This document shows, piece by piece, positions 36,812-46,509 of a stretch of DNA of 64,000 bases; within the stretch, counting starts at the first letter, position 1; every line of letters starts with the position of its first letter. The notes beneath the pieces are model-generated. The model had not been told where the DNA came from. It searched no databases and saw only the letters and a program-made list of their open reading frames with translations. Both the position numbers and the translations under genes were made by a program. Source of the DNA: Minisyncoccota bacterium (lineage in GTDB: Bacteria > Patescibacteriota > Minisyncoccia > UBA6257 > JAGOQP01); the NCBI GenBank assembly GCA_041665445.1, contig JBAYIV010000001.1, positions 6,334 through 70,333 of the forward strand, written 5' to 3'.

Positions 36812-38308
36812 TTACAATGACGAACATTGTTGTTGGAGCACTTGAGCGCTCTGTAAAGCCACATTTGCCGCATTGAGCATTGAATTGGTCCCCACCGACG
36901 CGTCAGCAAGAACCTGGGTCCATAACTCGGTGTAGGTAGTTGAGAACGTCTGCCACGCAGCCACCACATCGCTTGATGATGCCGTACTTGCTTGATCAAC
37001 GTTTGTTTGTGCATCAGCCAGCGCTTGAGTAATGGTCATTACCTGTGTCTGAATCCCCGAGAGAATGTCGCCGGGGACAAGGCTGGGACACGACGACGCG
37101 GTTTGCGTCAGAATAGTGAGAACTTGACCATAGACACTCACCACGGGACTATAGTACGACCCGAAGTCGGCGTAGTTTTGCAAAATCGTCTCGGTGCTGG
37201 TGTCGGTAGTACCACCACCACCGCCCGGAGGATTAGTTGGGGGCATTTGGCTTGTGAGCAATTGTCCGTAGTTAGTTGTCTGCGAATAGTTAGAGGTCGC
37301 CCCCGCAAGTCCTTGCTGTATATAGTTCATGAGTATGCTGATCGCTCCGTTGATAACCGCGGCGACAATACTCTGAATGTTGCTCGTAAAGTCATATTTC
37401 CCAACCGTAAACGCCTCACCGATTGACTTTGCCACTGTGTCGCCTGGCGTTTGTGTGTCCCACTGCGTGCACGAAGAATTGGAATCGTTCGGATCGGCGT
37501 GTTTAACACATGTCTTTTGATTCAAAAATCCTCCTGATGATTGTGCCTCGCTCTGGCGCGACTGCGACTCTTGAGCCATTCGACTCAAATACTGATCCTT
37601 TACCTGGAGAGAGACTCCAAAATAATTATTATCCGGCGATGCAGCGGCTTCAAATGCGAGCCAGTTGCCATTCTGTAAATAGTTGGCGGTATTTTGTAAA
37701 TTTTGCTGAAATCCTTGGATCGTGCATCGCGTAATAGCGCTCTGCGCATATTGATTGCTGTACTGTTTCTGCAATCCGATCAGTTGAACTTGGAGCTGCG
37801 GTGCAAAGGGGCCGCAAAGATTTACCCCCCAATTACTCATCAGATCATTGTTAACAGAATCGAACGCCACGTCAGCAGCCTTATTCAAAAACGCCTTCCA
37901 GTCAGTCACAAACAATGGCTCGTCCTGAAACCCGCCCTGCGCCCACTGGACAATCATATCCGTCATCATGTCAGTAATGCGCTTGACGATAACATCGCGA
38001 AGCAACGCCTTATACGGCCGAGAAACATTCTCGTGATACGACGAAAGTGTTAATTGCGCGATAGTGCTTGCTTGCTGCATTCCCAACACACCCGGTGCCG
38101 CTATCGGGACTCTGCCGGTCGCCGCGATTTCTTGCGCCAAGAGACCCGAGGCCGTTCCCGTAAAAGTGCTCAAGATACCAGTATCGCCCGACTCTGTTCC
38201 GCTTTGAGCATAGACGGGAAGCGAAAAACTAGGGGTGGCAAAAACAATCGAACACAATACGATTACTAAAGAAACTTTTCTGTACGATAAAATGCGGGAA
38301 GTGCTCAT
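36812..38308 (-). CDS. Secreted Q/N/T/S-rich hypothetical protein (about 498 aa after trimming to the signal-peptide Met)
   Basis: The ORF-track start is GTG at 38398; the internal MSTSRILSYRKVSLVIVLCSIVFATPSFSLPVYAQ is a signal peptide preceded by GGGAG. Composition suggests a pilus-tip or VirB5-like secreted component, but no motif was found. Confidence 0.45.
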   Translation of the reverse strand: MSTSRILSYRKVSLVIVLCSIVFATPSFSLPVYAQSGTESGDTGILSTFTGTASGLLAQEIAATGRVPIAAPGVLGMQQASTIAQLTLSSYHENVSRPYKALLRDVIVKRITDMMTDMIVQWAQGGFQDEPLFVTDWKAFLNKAADVAFDSVNNDLMSNWGVNLCGPFAPQLQVQLIGLQKQYSNQYAQSAITRCTIQGFQQNLQNTANYLQNGNWLAFEAAASPDNNYFGVSLQVKDQYLSRMAQESQSRQSEAQSSGGFLNQKTCVKHADPNDSNSSCTQWDTQTPGDTVAKSIGEAFTVGKYDFTSNIQSIVAAVINGAISILMNYIQQGLAGATSNYSQTTNYGQLLTSQMPPTNPPGGGGGTTDTSTETILQNYADFGSYYSPVVSVYGQVLTILTQTASSCPSLVPGDILSGIQTQVMTITQALADAQTNVDQASTASSSDVVAAWQTFSTTYTELWTQVLADASVGTNSMLNAANVALQSAQVLQQQCSSL

Positions 38309-38398
38309 ACGGCTCCCATTCTTTGTTAGTGTAGCATATAAATACATAGAGAGAGAAGTTTTTGTGTGCATAATCTCCGCCCAACAATCCGCACTCAC

Positions 38399-39655
38399 TT
38401 AGGGAGAATACGGGATAAGAGACGTCCCGAAGAACGAGATCGTCCCCGCTCCTTCTGAATAGGTTACCGTCCCCTTGTTACACACGCCCGGACTGGGGAA
38501 CTGATCTCCTAAAATCGAGTTGCTAGGATACACCGCATTATACAAAAAGGGGTTTGCGGCATACACGGTCCAATACAAAAAGAATGCGCCACTTGACGGT
38601 GGGGGCGTCTCCCCAACGACAATCAGCTCTCCCGTCGTGCAAACATCGGCGATGGATTCAATCCGGCCACCGAACGGGAGCAATGCCCCGATTTGCGCGC
38701 GCGCCATCAAAACAAAAGAGGAAAGCCGACTCCAAAAACCTCCCCACACCGACGGGGCCGACCGACCGCTCGTTGATTGACGAGAGAAAATAATCCGATA
38801 GGTGGGATAATATTCCGCATATACCCGCTGATAGTTTGCCAGTGTGTCCGCAATATTTTGCGCAGTTTGTGATAGAGACGCGGCAGCGATGACTGCGATT
38901 GCGTTGTAGGAAAACCACGCAAGTAAATTTCGATGCTGTCCCTCCATCGATGCCGAAACGGAGACGAGGCGCAGTTGCCCGTATACAGTCTGATAGAAAT
39001 CTCCCCAGAGGCGCAATTTTTTTACCAGTACGGCCTGCGCGATGCCGTCATTTTGTTCAATCGCGCGCTTCAGTCCTTGTAAAAGCGCGGGAATTGTTTC
39101 AATCGTTCCGGATGCGGTTTTCAATAACTCAACGTCGCCAAGCGATCCAAGTGACGCGGTTTGAGATAAAGATAAAAATCGCGCGCGATACGCCTCAACG
39201 GAATCAATGCCCGAGGGCGACACCAGCACGTCGGTGGCGGGGACAAGGGGAAGCGACGAAAGTTTTTCCAAAACAGTCGACGTTGTGGTGGTTGATTGGC
39301 TTGGTTGGACGGGTGCGGCAGACCCTCCGCCCGTTAATGACAGAATGTATAATTTTGTTTTGGGTCCGAAATAACCCAGCGCCGGAAATACGCGATGCGC
39401 CGATTGAAAGCGCGCAAGCGCGCGCGCGGTGAGGGGACCAAAATATCCCGAGACAATTCCCTCGGGATATATCTTACCCGCCACGGTCGTTTGATTCGAT
39501 AAAAATTCCTGCAGAAGGGCGACACGATCTCCGCGAGACCCGATAGATAGATCGGCGCCACCGACAAGAATCGATTTTTGTTGCGTGGTTATGGTGGCAC
39601 CTGCCCAGGCAGGAACCATAAAAAGAATAGCCACGACTAAAAAAACTTTTTTCAT
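38399..39655 (-). CDS. Secreted peptidoglycan-binding-domain protein, about 418 aa
   Basis: Signal peptide MKKVFLVVAILFMVPAWAGA. PG_binding_1-like …LSIGSRGDRVALLQEFLSNQ…GIVSGYFGPLTARALARFQSAHRV…GYFGPKT…. Start overlaps the upstream stop. Confidence 0.55.
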   Translation of the reverse strand: MKKVFLVVAILFMVPAWAGATITTQQKSILVGGADLSIGSRGDRVALLQEFLSNQTTVAGKIYPEGIVSGYFGPLTARALARFQSAHRVFPALGYFGPKTKLYILSLTGGGSAAPVQPSQSTTTTSTVLEKLSSLPLVPATDVLVSPSGIDSVEAYRARFLSLSQTASLGSLGDVELLKTASGTIETIPALLQGLKRAIEQNDGIAQAVLVKKLRLWGDFYQTVYGQLRLVSVSASMEGQHRNLLAWFSYNAIAVIAAASLSQTAQNIADTLANYQRVYAEYYPTYRIIFSRQSTSGRSAPSVWGGFWSRLSSFVLMARAQIGALLPFGGRIESIADVCTTGELIVVGETPPPSSGAFFLYWTVYAANPFLYNAVYPSNSILGDQFPSPGVCNKGTVTYSEGAGTISFFGTSLIPYSP

Positions 39656-40476
39656 TAATTTTTTATGGGCACGAGATACGTTTGAATGCTTTGCCACTGA
39701 GTAATAAGATCGGGGAGAGCCTCAAACGCCATGTAGGCTCGAACAGGATCACTTTGATACGTTGCCACCGCAGAAAAAATCTTTTCAACGTTCGAGAAAA
39801 ATTGAAGATTTTTTGTATGAAAACTCACATAAACTCGTGGCACAGTCATGTTTTTCAAAGTAGCCTCAAGCGCCTGATCGCGCTTAAGAAAGTCGTTGAT
39901 AAAAGTCCCGCTCCCGTCGCTCACCAATGCGTTGATGCCGTTTTGTACTTTTGACCAATCAAAAAGGTCGGTAATAATGTGCGACCCAGATACCGCCTTA
40001 CCGTAGGCATTGCCATACGCCAAAATAACAGCCGACGACGAATCGTTGGTGATAATGAAGGCTGCCGGATCAATGGCTGTATTAAGATTGAGTGAATTCG
40101 AATTAAGACCCCCGGCCGCGCCCTGCAAGTTTATTTGTTCCACCAAGGATTGAGCGCTCGAAGCGGTCAATTGCCCACTAAAAGGAAGAGACACAAACTG
40201 ACTCGTGAGGGCTCGAGTAATACTATCCGTTAAATTTGACGACGTCGACGACGAAGACGATGCAGGCGACGCGCTTTGGAGCGACCCAACGCTTTCAGTG
40301 TTTAATCCTTTGTCCAGGGCGCCCATAGGAAAGGCATCTGTTGTCGACGCGGTTTCTCCGGATTTATCGGGAGAGGTGATAATCTGAGAAAGCGATGACG
40401 AGAAAAGCCAATAAAGAAGAAACGCGACCGCGACAATAAAAAAGCCGAAAAAAAGATTTTTATGCTGATCAGTCAT
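39655..40476 (-). CDS. N-terminally membrane-anchored protein, first gene of the T4SS-like operon (VirB8-like topology, unverified), 273 aa
   Basis: Single TM (LFFGFFIVAVAFLLYWLF), then a Ser-rich linker and a globular domain. Confidence 0.45.
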   Translation of the reverse strand: MTDQHKNLFFGFFIVAVAFLLYWLFSSSLSQIITSPDKSGETASTTDAFPMGALDKGLNTESVGSLQSASPASSSSSTSSNLTDSITRALTSQFVSLPFSGQLTASSAQSLVEQINLQGAAGGLNSNSLNLNTAIDPAAFIITNDSSSAVILAYGNAYGKAVSGSHIITDLFDWSKVQNGINALVSDGSGTFINDFLKRDQALEATLKNMTVPRVYVSFHTKNLQFFSNVEKIFSAVATYQSDPVRAYMAFEALPDLITQWQSIQTYLVPIKN

Positions 40477-40493
40477 GGTAGTATGAGTGTACT

Positions 40494-41279
40494 CTAAAAA
40501 GAACCCGCAAACAAATAAAAAAGTCCCTCAAGCATCTCCGGTGAAAGCGTTTGGGGGCGATGTGTCGAATTAACACCGATCTGGCCACATCGGCCAACGA
40601 CATCGTCCCGAGAAACATTGGCGCACTCCAAAAGATTATTAAGGATCGTTTTTCTTGGGTGTCTAAACAAAATCCTCATAAACGCATAGTAACTCAAAAG
40701 AATGTGATGAGAAGGGAGCGATGCTCGCGTTTCAAACATCACCACAGCCGAATCCACCTCAGGCGGAGGAGAAAACAAACCACGCGGAACCGAAAACAGA
40801 ATAGTGGGTGATGCCCATGCTTGGACGATTGCAGCAAGAAGGTTCATGTGTGGCGGGTTTGCGCACAAACGAAGGGCCACCTCTTTTTGTATTAACAGCA
40901 CGGTGTGGATCGGCTTATAGCTCACATCACCCACAATGTGCAATAAACGTCCGGTAATATAATAAGGAATGTTCCCCACGAGCACATAGGGGGTTTTTTC
41001 TTTTTCCAAACGAGCCACCAGCAGAGGAAGGGTTACCAGCGCGTTTCCTTCGATGACCTCGACCGACCAAAATCGCTTATCGGCGCGCAATTCATCGGCA
41101 AGGCGCGAATCGCGCTCAAGAACAGTGACGCGCGCACTGTTCTTGCATAAATATTTTGTAAGCTCTCCGTGCCCCGGGCCTATCTCAATAATAACCGCAC
41201 CCGCGCTTTGACTGGCGGCGGCTATTTTTTCAAGCGTTAATTCACTTGTGAGAAAATGCTGGCCTAAGCGACGCCTCAT
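40494..41279 (-). CDS. rsmA: 16S rRNA (adenine1518/1519-N6)-dimethyltransferase KsgA/RsmA
   Basis: MRRRLGQHFL…IIEIGPGHGELT… SAM-binding motif. 261 aa. Confidence 0.9.
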   Translation of the reverse strand: MRRRLGQHFLTSELTLEKIAAASQSAGAVIIEIGPGHGELTKYLCKNSARVTVLERDSRLADELRADKRFWSVEVIEGNALVTLPLLVARLEKEKTPYVLVGNIPYYITGRLLHIVGDVSYKPIHTVLLIQKEVALRLCANPPHMNLLAAIVQAWASPTILFSVPRGLFSPPPEVDSAVVMFETRASLPSHHILLSYYAFMRILFRHPRKTILNNLLECANVSRDDVVGRCGQIGVNSTHRPQTLSPEMLEGLFYLFAGSF

Positions 41280-41282
41280 ATC

Positions 41283-43106
41283 TCAATCATACTCTATGTA
41301 TCGCTCCTCGTCATCAAGGTCGCGCGTGTGACCAGGGACAGTGCGTGCCGCATCACCCTCAAAAATGACCGTCTCGGGCGGCACCTCATATAAAAAACGA
41401 GATGGGATTTGATAAAAGTGCAACGACAGCGTCTGGCGTGCGCGCGTCATAGCCACATACATTAACCGACGTTCTTCCTCGAGGTCCTCGGCCTTCAAAA
41501 GAGACCGCTGGTGCGGCATCAATCCCTCGCTGACGCCCGCCACACAAACATCATCAAACTCAAGTCCTTTGGCAAGGTGAATGGTCATCAGATGAATACG
41601 CGCAGCGCTTTTCTCTTCGCGCGTTTTGCGTGGCGCACCGTCCAAAGGACTTGCCAGCGTTACTTTTTCGAGAAACTCGGGAAGGGATGCGAATTGTTCG
41701 GCAAAATAAATAAGCTCGGCGATATTTTCGTATCGATCAGCATAATTAGCAAACTCTTTTTTAATAAGATCCCGATACTGTGCGACGTGCAAAAATAATT
41801 TAATATAATCAGCCGGCGACGCATTGGGAGGCGCGGCCGCCAGTGCTTCGCGCAACGGGCGCGTAATTTTTTTTGGGAACGTTTTTTCCAGCCGCTCGCC
41901 GCTAATCTGATCGTTTGCATTAACCGCAACGCGCAACACCGCCAGGATATCTTTCACTTCCTTGCGTTCATAAAACGTCATGGCGCCAAACAATGCATAC
42001 GGAACCTCTTTTTCTAAAAGCATTTGTTCTAAAGCGCGGCTCTGCGCATTGGTGCGATACAAAATACCCACCAGCGCGCCTGCGCGCGCACGCGCCGCCG
42101 CCGCATCCACAATCCATTCAGCTTGATCAAATTCGTCGGCGTGTTCCACCACGCGAAGCGGAGCGCCTTGGCTATTTTCCGTCCACAGCGTTTTGCGTTT
42201 CTGGAATTGATTGCGCGCAATAACACCCGATGATGCGGCAACAATGCTTTGTGTTGAGCGGTAATTTTGTTCTAAAAAAATAATCCGCGTTCCCGGCCAC
42301 GTTTTTTCAAAATCCAAAAAATTCCGAAAGTCTGACGATCGGAATCCATAAATCGCTTGTGCGTCATCACCCACCGCCATAATATTGCCGTGCGTGCGCG
42401 CTACCAGCGACGCCAACGCGTGCTGTGCCGGATTGGTATCTTGATACTCATCGATAAGCACATGCGAAAATCGAGATTGGTATCGCGCCAGAACCGCCGG
42501 ATCTTTTTGCCACGCCACAATAACTTTATAAATCAAATCATCAAAATCAAATCCATTGTTCGCCTCCAAGTACCGCTCATAATCAGAAAAGAGAGCCCAC
42601 ACCAGCGCGTCATCGGTTGTTCCCAGTGCGGCGTCCGCAGAGAGAAATTCGTTTTTTATTTTCCCAAACAAACGGCTTGCTTGCGCGGGACTTATTTTTT
42701 TGGGATCAATGCCGCGATTTTTAAGCACGCGCTTGATCGCACGCCCCGCGTCATCGGCATCAAAAATAGTAAACCCATTGGTCCGCCCGAACATTCCCGC
42801 CTCGCGGCGCAAAACCCACGCACCAAATGCATGGAAGGTGCTCACAAATGGTTCGCCGCCCGAAACACCCGCCTGCGCCAGCGCGTCAGCAACGCGCCGC
42901 TTCATTTCTCCGGCAGCCTTATTGGTAAAAGTGATGGCTAAAATTCGTTCTGGCGAGACTTTCCGATGGGTGATGAGAAAAACAAGCCGTGCGGTAAGCG
43001 TCTTGGTTTTCCCCGAACCAGCTCCCGCGACAACCAAAATCGGCCCATCGGGAGCGGTGGCGGCTTCTCGCTGTTTTTCGTTCAAGTCGTCAAAAAAATC
43101 ATTCAT
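41283..43106 (-). CDS. UvrD/PcrA/Rep-family ATP-dependent DNA helicase (short, 607 aa)
   Basis: Motif I …VVAGAGSGKTKTLT…, motif II DEYQDTN, and the other SF1 motifs in order. Confidence 0.9.
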   Translation of the reverse strand: MNDFFDDLNEKQREAATAPDGPILVVAGAGSGKTKTLTARLVFLITHRKVSPERILAITFTNKAAGEMKRRVADALAQAGVSGGEPFVSTFHAFGAWVLRREAGMFGRTNGFTIFDADDAGRAIKRVLKNRGIDPKKISPAQASRLFGKIKNEFLSADAALGTTDDALVWALFSDYERYLEANNGFDFDDLIYKVIVAWQKDPAVLARYQSRFSHVLIDEYQDTNPAQHALASLVARTHGNIMAVGDDAQAIYGFRSSDFRNFLDFEKTWPGTRIIFLEQNYRSTQSIVAASSGVIARNQFQKRKTLWTENSQGAPLRVVEHADEFDQAEWIVDAAAARARAGALVGILYRTNAQSRALEQMLLEKEVPYALFGAMTFYERKEVKDILAVLRVAVNANDQISGERLEKTFPKKITRPLREALAAAPPNASPADYIKLFLHVAQYRDLIKKEFANYADRYENIAELIYFAEQFASLPEFLEKVTLASPLDGAPRKTREEKSAARIHLMTIHLAKGLEFDDVCVAGVSEGLMPHQRSLLKAEDLEEERRLMYVAMTRARQTLSLHFYQIPSRFLYEVPPETVIFEGDAARTVPGHTRDLDDEERYIEYD

Positions 43107-43181
43107 ATTTTTCTCGGGCGCACTTCAGTAAAGCAGATCGCGCGAGAAAAAGAAAACGCCGCGCGCGTGGCGCGACAAGGT

Positions 43182-44720
43182 CTAAGCAACGGTGCGAGAG
43201 CGATATGAAAACGCCTCAGCAACATGTCGCTCCTCAACCAGTGGCGCCGCCTCAAGATCGGCAATTGTTTGTGCGACTTTCAATAATTTAAAATAGCCGC
43301 GCGCGGATAATTTTCCCGCATCAAGCATTTTTTCAGCCAGCGCGTGCGCACCCGGCGTGCGACACACATACTGCTCAACGTCTTTTGACGTCATGTCCGC
43401 ATTTGAAAGAATGGGTCGAGGGGCACCGGCAAACCGTCGCGCCGCACATAATCGAGCACGCGTAACCGCCTCCCGCAATCGCGCCGACTCCCGCGTATCG
43501 CGCTCACCGCGCAAGTCGGCGGCACGAATCCGATCAACCCACACATGCAGATCAATTCGATCCAGCAACGGTCCCGATATTTTTTTCTGATAACGCGCCA
43601 CTTCAAACGCCGTGCAAGTGCATTCTTTTTCATGATCGCCATAATAACCGCACGGGCACGGATTAGATGCCGCGACCAGCAAGCAACGTGATGGAAATGA
43701 CAGCGTCCGCTTTGCACGCGCGACCACGACCGCGCCGCCTTCCAATGGCTGCCGCAACGCCTCAAGCACGTCGCGATGAAATTCGGGAAGTTCGTCGAGG
43801 AACAATACCCCACGATGAGCCAGACTCACTTCTCCCGGATGAGGATTTTGTCCGCCCCCAATAATAGAAACTAACGATGCGGTGTGATGGGGCGCACGGA
43901 ATGGCCGGCTCGCAATATATTGCTTCCCCAACAAAAGTCCGGCGGCACTGTGTACTTGCGTTGCTTCAATGGCCTCCACAAGAGAGAGGCGCGGAAGGAT
44001 AGAAACAAGCGCTTGCGCCAACATTGTTTTCCCCGTACCGGGGGGACCGGAGAAAAAAATATTATGCCCGCCGGCCGCGGCAACCAACAATGCCCGTTTA
44101 GCCGTCTCCTGCCCACGAATCTCTGAAATATCAATCGCCGCAAGTGCGTCTTCCGGCCCAAAGTCACCGCTTTGATGCGGCGTCACTGGCGCCGTCCCCT
44201 CAAGGTGCTCGATGACATCTCGAAGATGCCGGATAGGGATAATGGCAATGTCACGCGCCAACGCCGCCTCATTTCGATTCTCATATGGAACAAAAATGGT
44301 TGCAAACCCCTCTTCAGCAGCCATTTGGCAGATATTGAAAACGCCGGGGACGCCCCGCACGTCACCCGACAGCCCCAGCTCACCCACAAACAAAGTGTTA
44401 CTCGCGTCAAACGCCCGCATTTGATTTGATGCCACCAAATACCCCAAGGCGATAGCTAAGTCATAATGCGAGCCGTTTTTTTTGATATCCGCAGGCGCAA
44501 GATTCACAACAATTTTTCTATTTTCGCGCGTCGGGGGCTTTGCGCCTGAATTTTTGATAGCCGACGAGACCCGCTCACGCGCCTCAGACACAGCTTTATC
44601 AGCAAGACCGACGATAGTAAACGAAGACAAGCCGATATTTATATCCACCTCAACCTCAACGCGTTGTGCGCCAATTCCCTCAAGTTCCGCCGAAAAAATT
44701 TTTGCAATTGCGTGATGCAT
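43182..44720 (-). CDS. comM: Mg-chelatase-like AAA+ protein ComM/YifB
   Basis: N-terminal Lon-protease-like domain, Walker A …FFSGPPGTGKTMLA…, and a C-terminal ComM-specific region. 512 aa. Confidence 0.9.
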   Translation of the reverse strand: MHHAIAKIFSAELEGIGAQRVEVEVDINIGLSSFTIVGLADKAVSEARERVSSAIKNSGAKPPTRENRKIVVNLAPADIKKNGSHYDLAIALGYLVASNQMRAFDASNTLFVGELGLSGDVRGVPGVFNICQMAAEEGFATIFVPYENRNEAALARDIAIIPIRHLRDVIEHLEGTAPVTPHQSGDFGPEDALAAIDISEIRGQETAKRALLVAAAGGHNIFFSGPPGTGKTMLAQALVSILPRLSLVEAIEATQVHSAAGLLLGKQYIASRPFRAPHHTASLVSIIGGGQNPHPGEVSLAHRGVLFLDELPEFHRDVLEALRQPLEGGAVVVARAKRTLSFPSRCLLVAASNPCPCGYYGDHEKECTCTAFEVARYQKKISGPLLDRIDLHVWVDRIRAADLRGERDTRESARLREAVTRARLCAARRFAGAPRPILSNADMTSKDVEQYVCRTPGAHALAEKMLDAGKLSARGYFKLLKVAQTIADLEAAPLVEERHVAEAFSYRSRTVA

Positions 44721-44769
44721 AACGCAGACTCACACAACAAAACAGTCCCTCACGAGGGGACTGTTGTAA

Positions 44770-45117
44770 TTATTCGTGATGCACGTGCATCTTTTGATTG
44801 CACACCTGACATCGACGCGCGTCGGGAACTACCACAAGCACTTTTTCGTCGATTTGACCGCCACACATTTCACACGTGCCGTAGGTTCCTTTTTCCATCT
44901 TCAGTAACGCCCCCTCAATATTGCCCAACTTTTCTTTGAGCGCTCGAGCTGAAGCTTCTTGATTAAGAGCCGCAACGTTCTCATCCGCGTCATCTTCTGG
45001 CCCAGGCACGTCGCCAAAATCTGGTGGCGTTTCAAGTTCACGCACTTGCTGTTCTAGGTGCGCCCGCTCTTCAATGAGCCGCCCTTTGAGCATTTCTTGT
45101 TTCTCGTGTGTTAACAT
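44770..45117 (-). CDS. DksA/TraR-family C4 zinc-finger protein, 115 aa
   Basis: Coiled-coil N-terminus and C-terminal CEMCGGQI…CQVC zinc finger. Confidence 0.8.
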   Translation of the reverse strand: MLTHEKQEMLKGRLIEERAHLEQQVRELETPPDFGDVPGPEDDADENVAALNQEASARALKEKLGNIEGALLKMEKGTYGTCEMCGGQIDEKVLVVVPDARRCQVCNQKMHVHHE

Positions 45118-45127
45118 ACGATAGGCG

Positions 45128-46390
45128 TTAAGGAGTGGACGACGTTGACGACGTCGTGATGGTTGATGGTATCACCAATGGAGGAACGACCAATGGATTT
45201 GCCTTAAGACGATTGACGATATCTACTATTTGATTATATGACGTCGCCAAAATCAAGTACAGGCTCCCGTCCGACCCGGACATAAAACCATACTCAAAAA
45301 CACGGCCAACCTTGCTGTTGTAAACCAAGTAACGCACATGCACAACATTTCCAACCAAACCATCTTTAAACGCGGGCATTTGCGGCACGGTGGTTGTAGA
45401 TATGAATAAATGCCCCACATCAACGGGATTGCTTTCTATATATTGCCCAATGGTTGTTGTTGCTTGAGCGCCCGACGCGTTCAATTTAAAAACAAACCCC
45501 AGCTTAGCTCCTCCGGTCTTATCAAAATAAAACCATGAGGTGAAATCGGGATCAACCATGCTCGCCAGCGACTGGCCGAACGAAGGGAAGTATGAAGAAA
45601 GAATCGTCGGACTCTGCGCGGGTGTGTTTGACGCATCTACTATTGTTATGTCTTTAACACTCCCGACAGAAAGTCCTTCCGTCCCCGCCATTGCTACAAC
45701 AGCAGCGCGAACAGCATCTGGACCGCCCGCCGGTAGCGTCACTGTGACTGTTTGTGCTGGAGCAAGTATGAGCGATAGATGCGCCATGGGCTGTACAATA
45801 GTCGGCGCTTGAACTTGTTCTTGTGATGGGGAAGATGAGGCAGCTAATTGCTCCGTTGAACTCGTCACCACCGGAACCGATGTTGCTGGAGCACTCACCA
45901 GCGCACCCACCAAATAATAAGCCCCCAATCCCAAAGCAAGCGCCACAAGAATCGCACCAACAATCATAAAAATTGTCTTTGTTTTTGACCCGCTTGGCGA
46001 TGTGCTGGGCGCGGCGACGGGCACCGACCCCACACCACCATCCTGCACGAAAGCATCACTCTCCCCAGAAGGAGCGGGCGGCGATTGAAAATCTTGAGCA
46101 ACTGATGCGGAAGCGGATACGGGAGAAAAGGTGGAGACATCAGGAGACATATTGGGAATCTGCGGCACGTTAGCCATCTGCGACTGCGGCATTTGTCCTC
46201 CCGTCTCTTTTACTGATTGCACGTCGGAGGCCATGGTATGGATGCTTACGCGCTCGTCGGGTGCGGGCGGCGGAGGAGGAACGCCCTGCTGCCCGCTCAC
46301 GCTTGCCGCTGGCGATGGTTGTGGCGGGACACCCGCCGCACCAAATTGATTTTGCGACCCGTATTCGTTCTGTTGATTGTTTTCGTTCAT
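45128..46390 (-). CDS. Membrane-anchored protein with a Pro/Gln-rich N-terminal tail, about 420 aa
   Basis: Start trimmed to MNENNQQ. Single TM (…IFMIVGAILVALALGLGAYYLV…), then an extracytoplasmic domain. Confidence 0.45.
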   Translation of the reverse strand: MNENNQQNEYGSQNQFGAAGVPPQPSPAASVSGQQGVPPPPPAPDERVSIHTMASDVQSVKETGGQMPQSQMANVPQIPNMSPDVSTFSPVSASASVAQDFQSPPAPSGESDAFVQDGGVGSVPVAAPSTSPSGSKTKTIFMIVGAILVALALGLGAYYLVGALVSAPATSVPVVTSSTEQLAASSSPSQEQVQAPTIVQPMAHLSLILAPAQTVTVTLPAGGPDAVRAAVVAMAGTEGLSVGSVKDITIVDASNTPAQSPTILSSYFPSFGQSLASMVDPDFTSWFYFDKTGGAKLGFVFKLNASGAQATTTIGQYIESNPVDVGHLFISTTTVPQMPAFKDGLVGNVVHVRYLVYNSKVGRVFEYGFMSGSDGSLYLILATSYNQIVDIVNRLKANPLVVPPLVIPSTITTSSTSSTP

Positions 46391-46509
46391 ACAAAATATC
46401 TGTTCTCGCGCGCCGAGAAAAATTGTCCGGCGGCACAAAAACGCTTAATATATTTTTAAGTATATCACACCTTTCACACGCACACAAAAAGCTATGGTAT
46501 ACTAAAATA

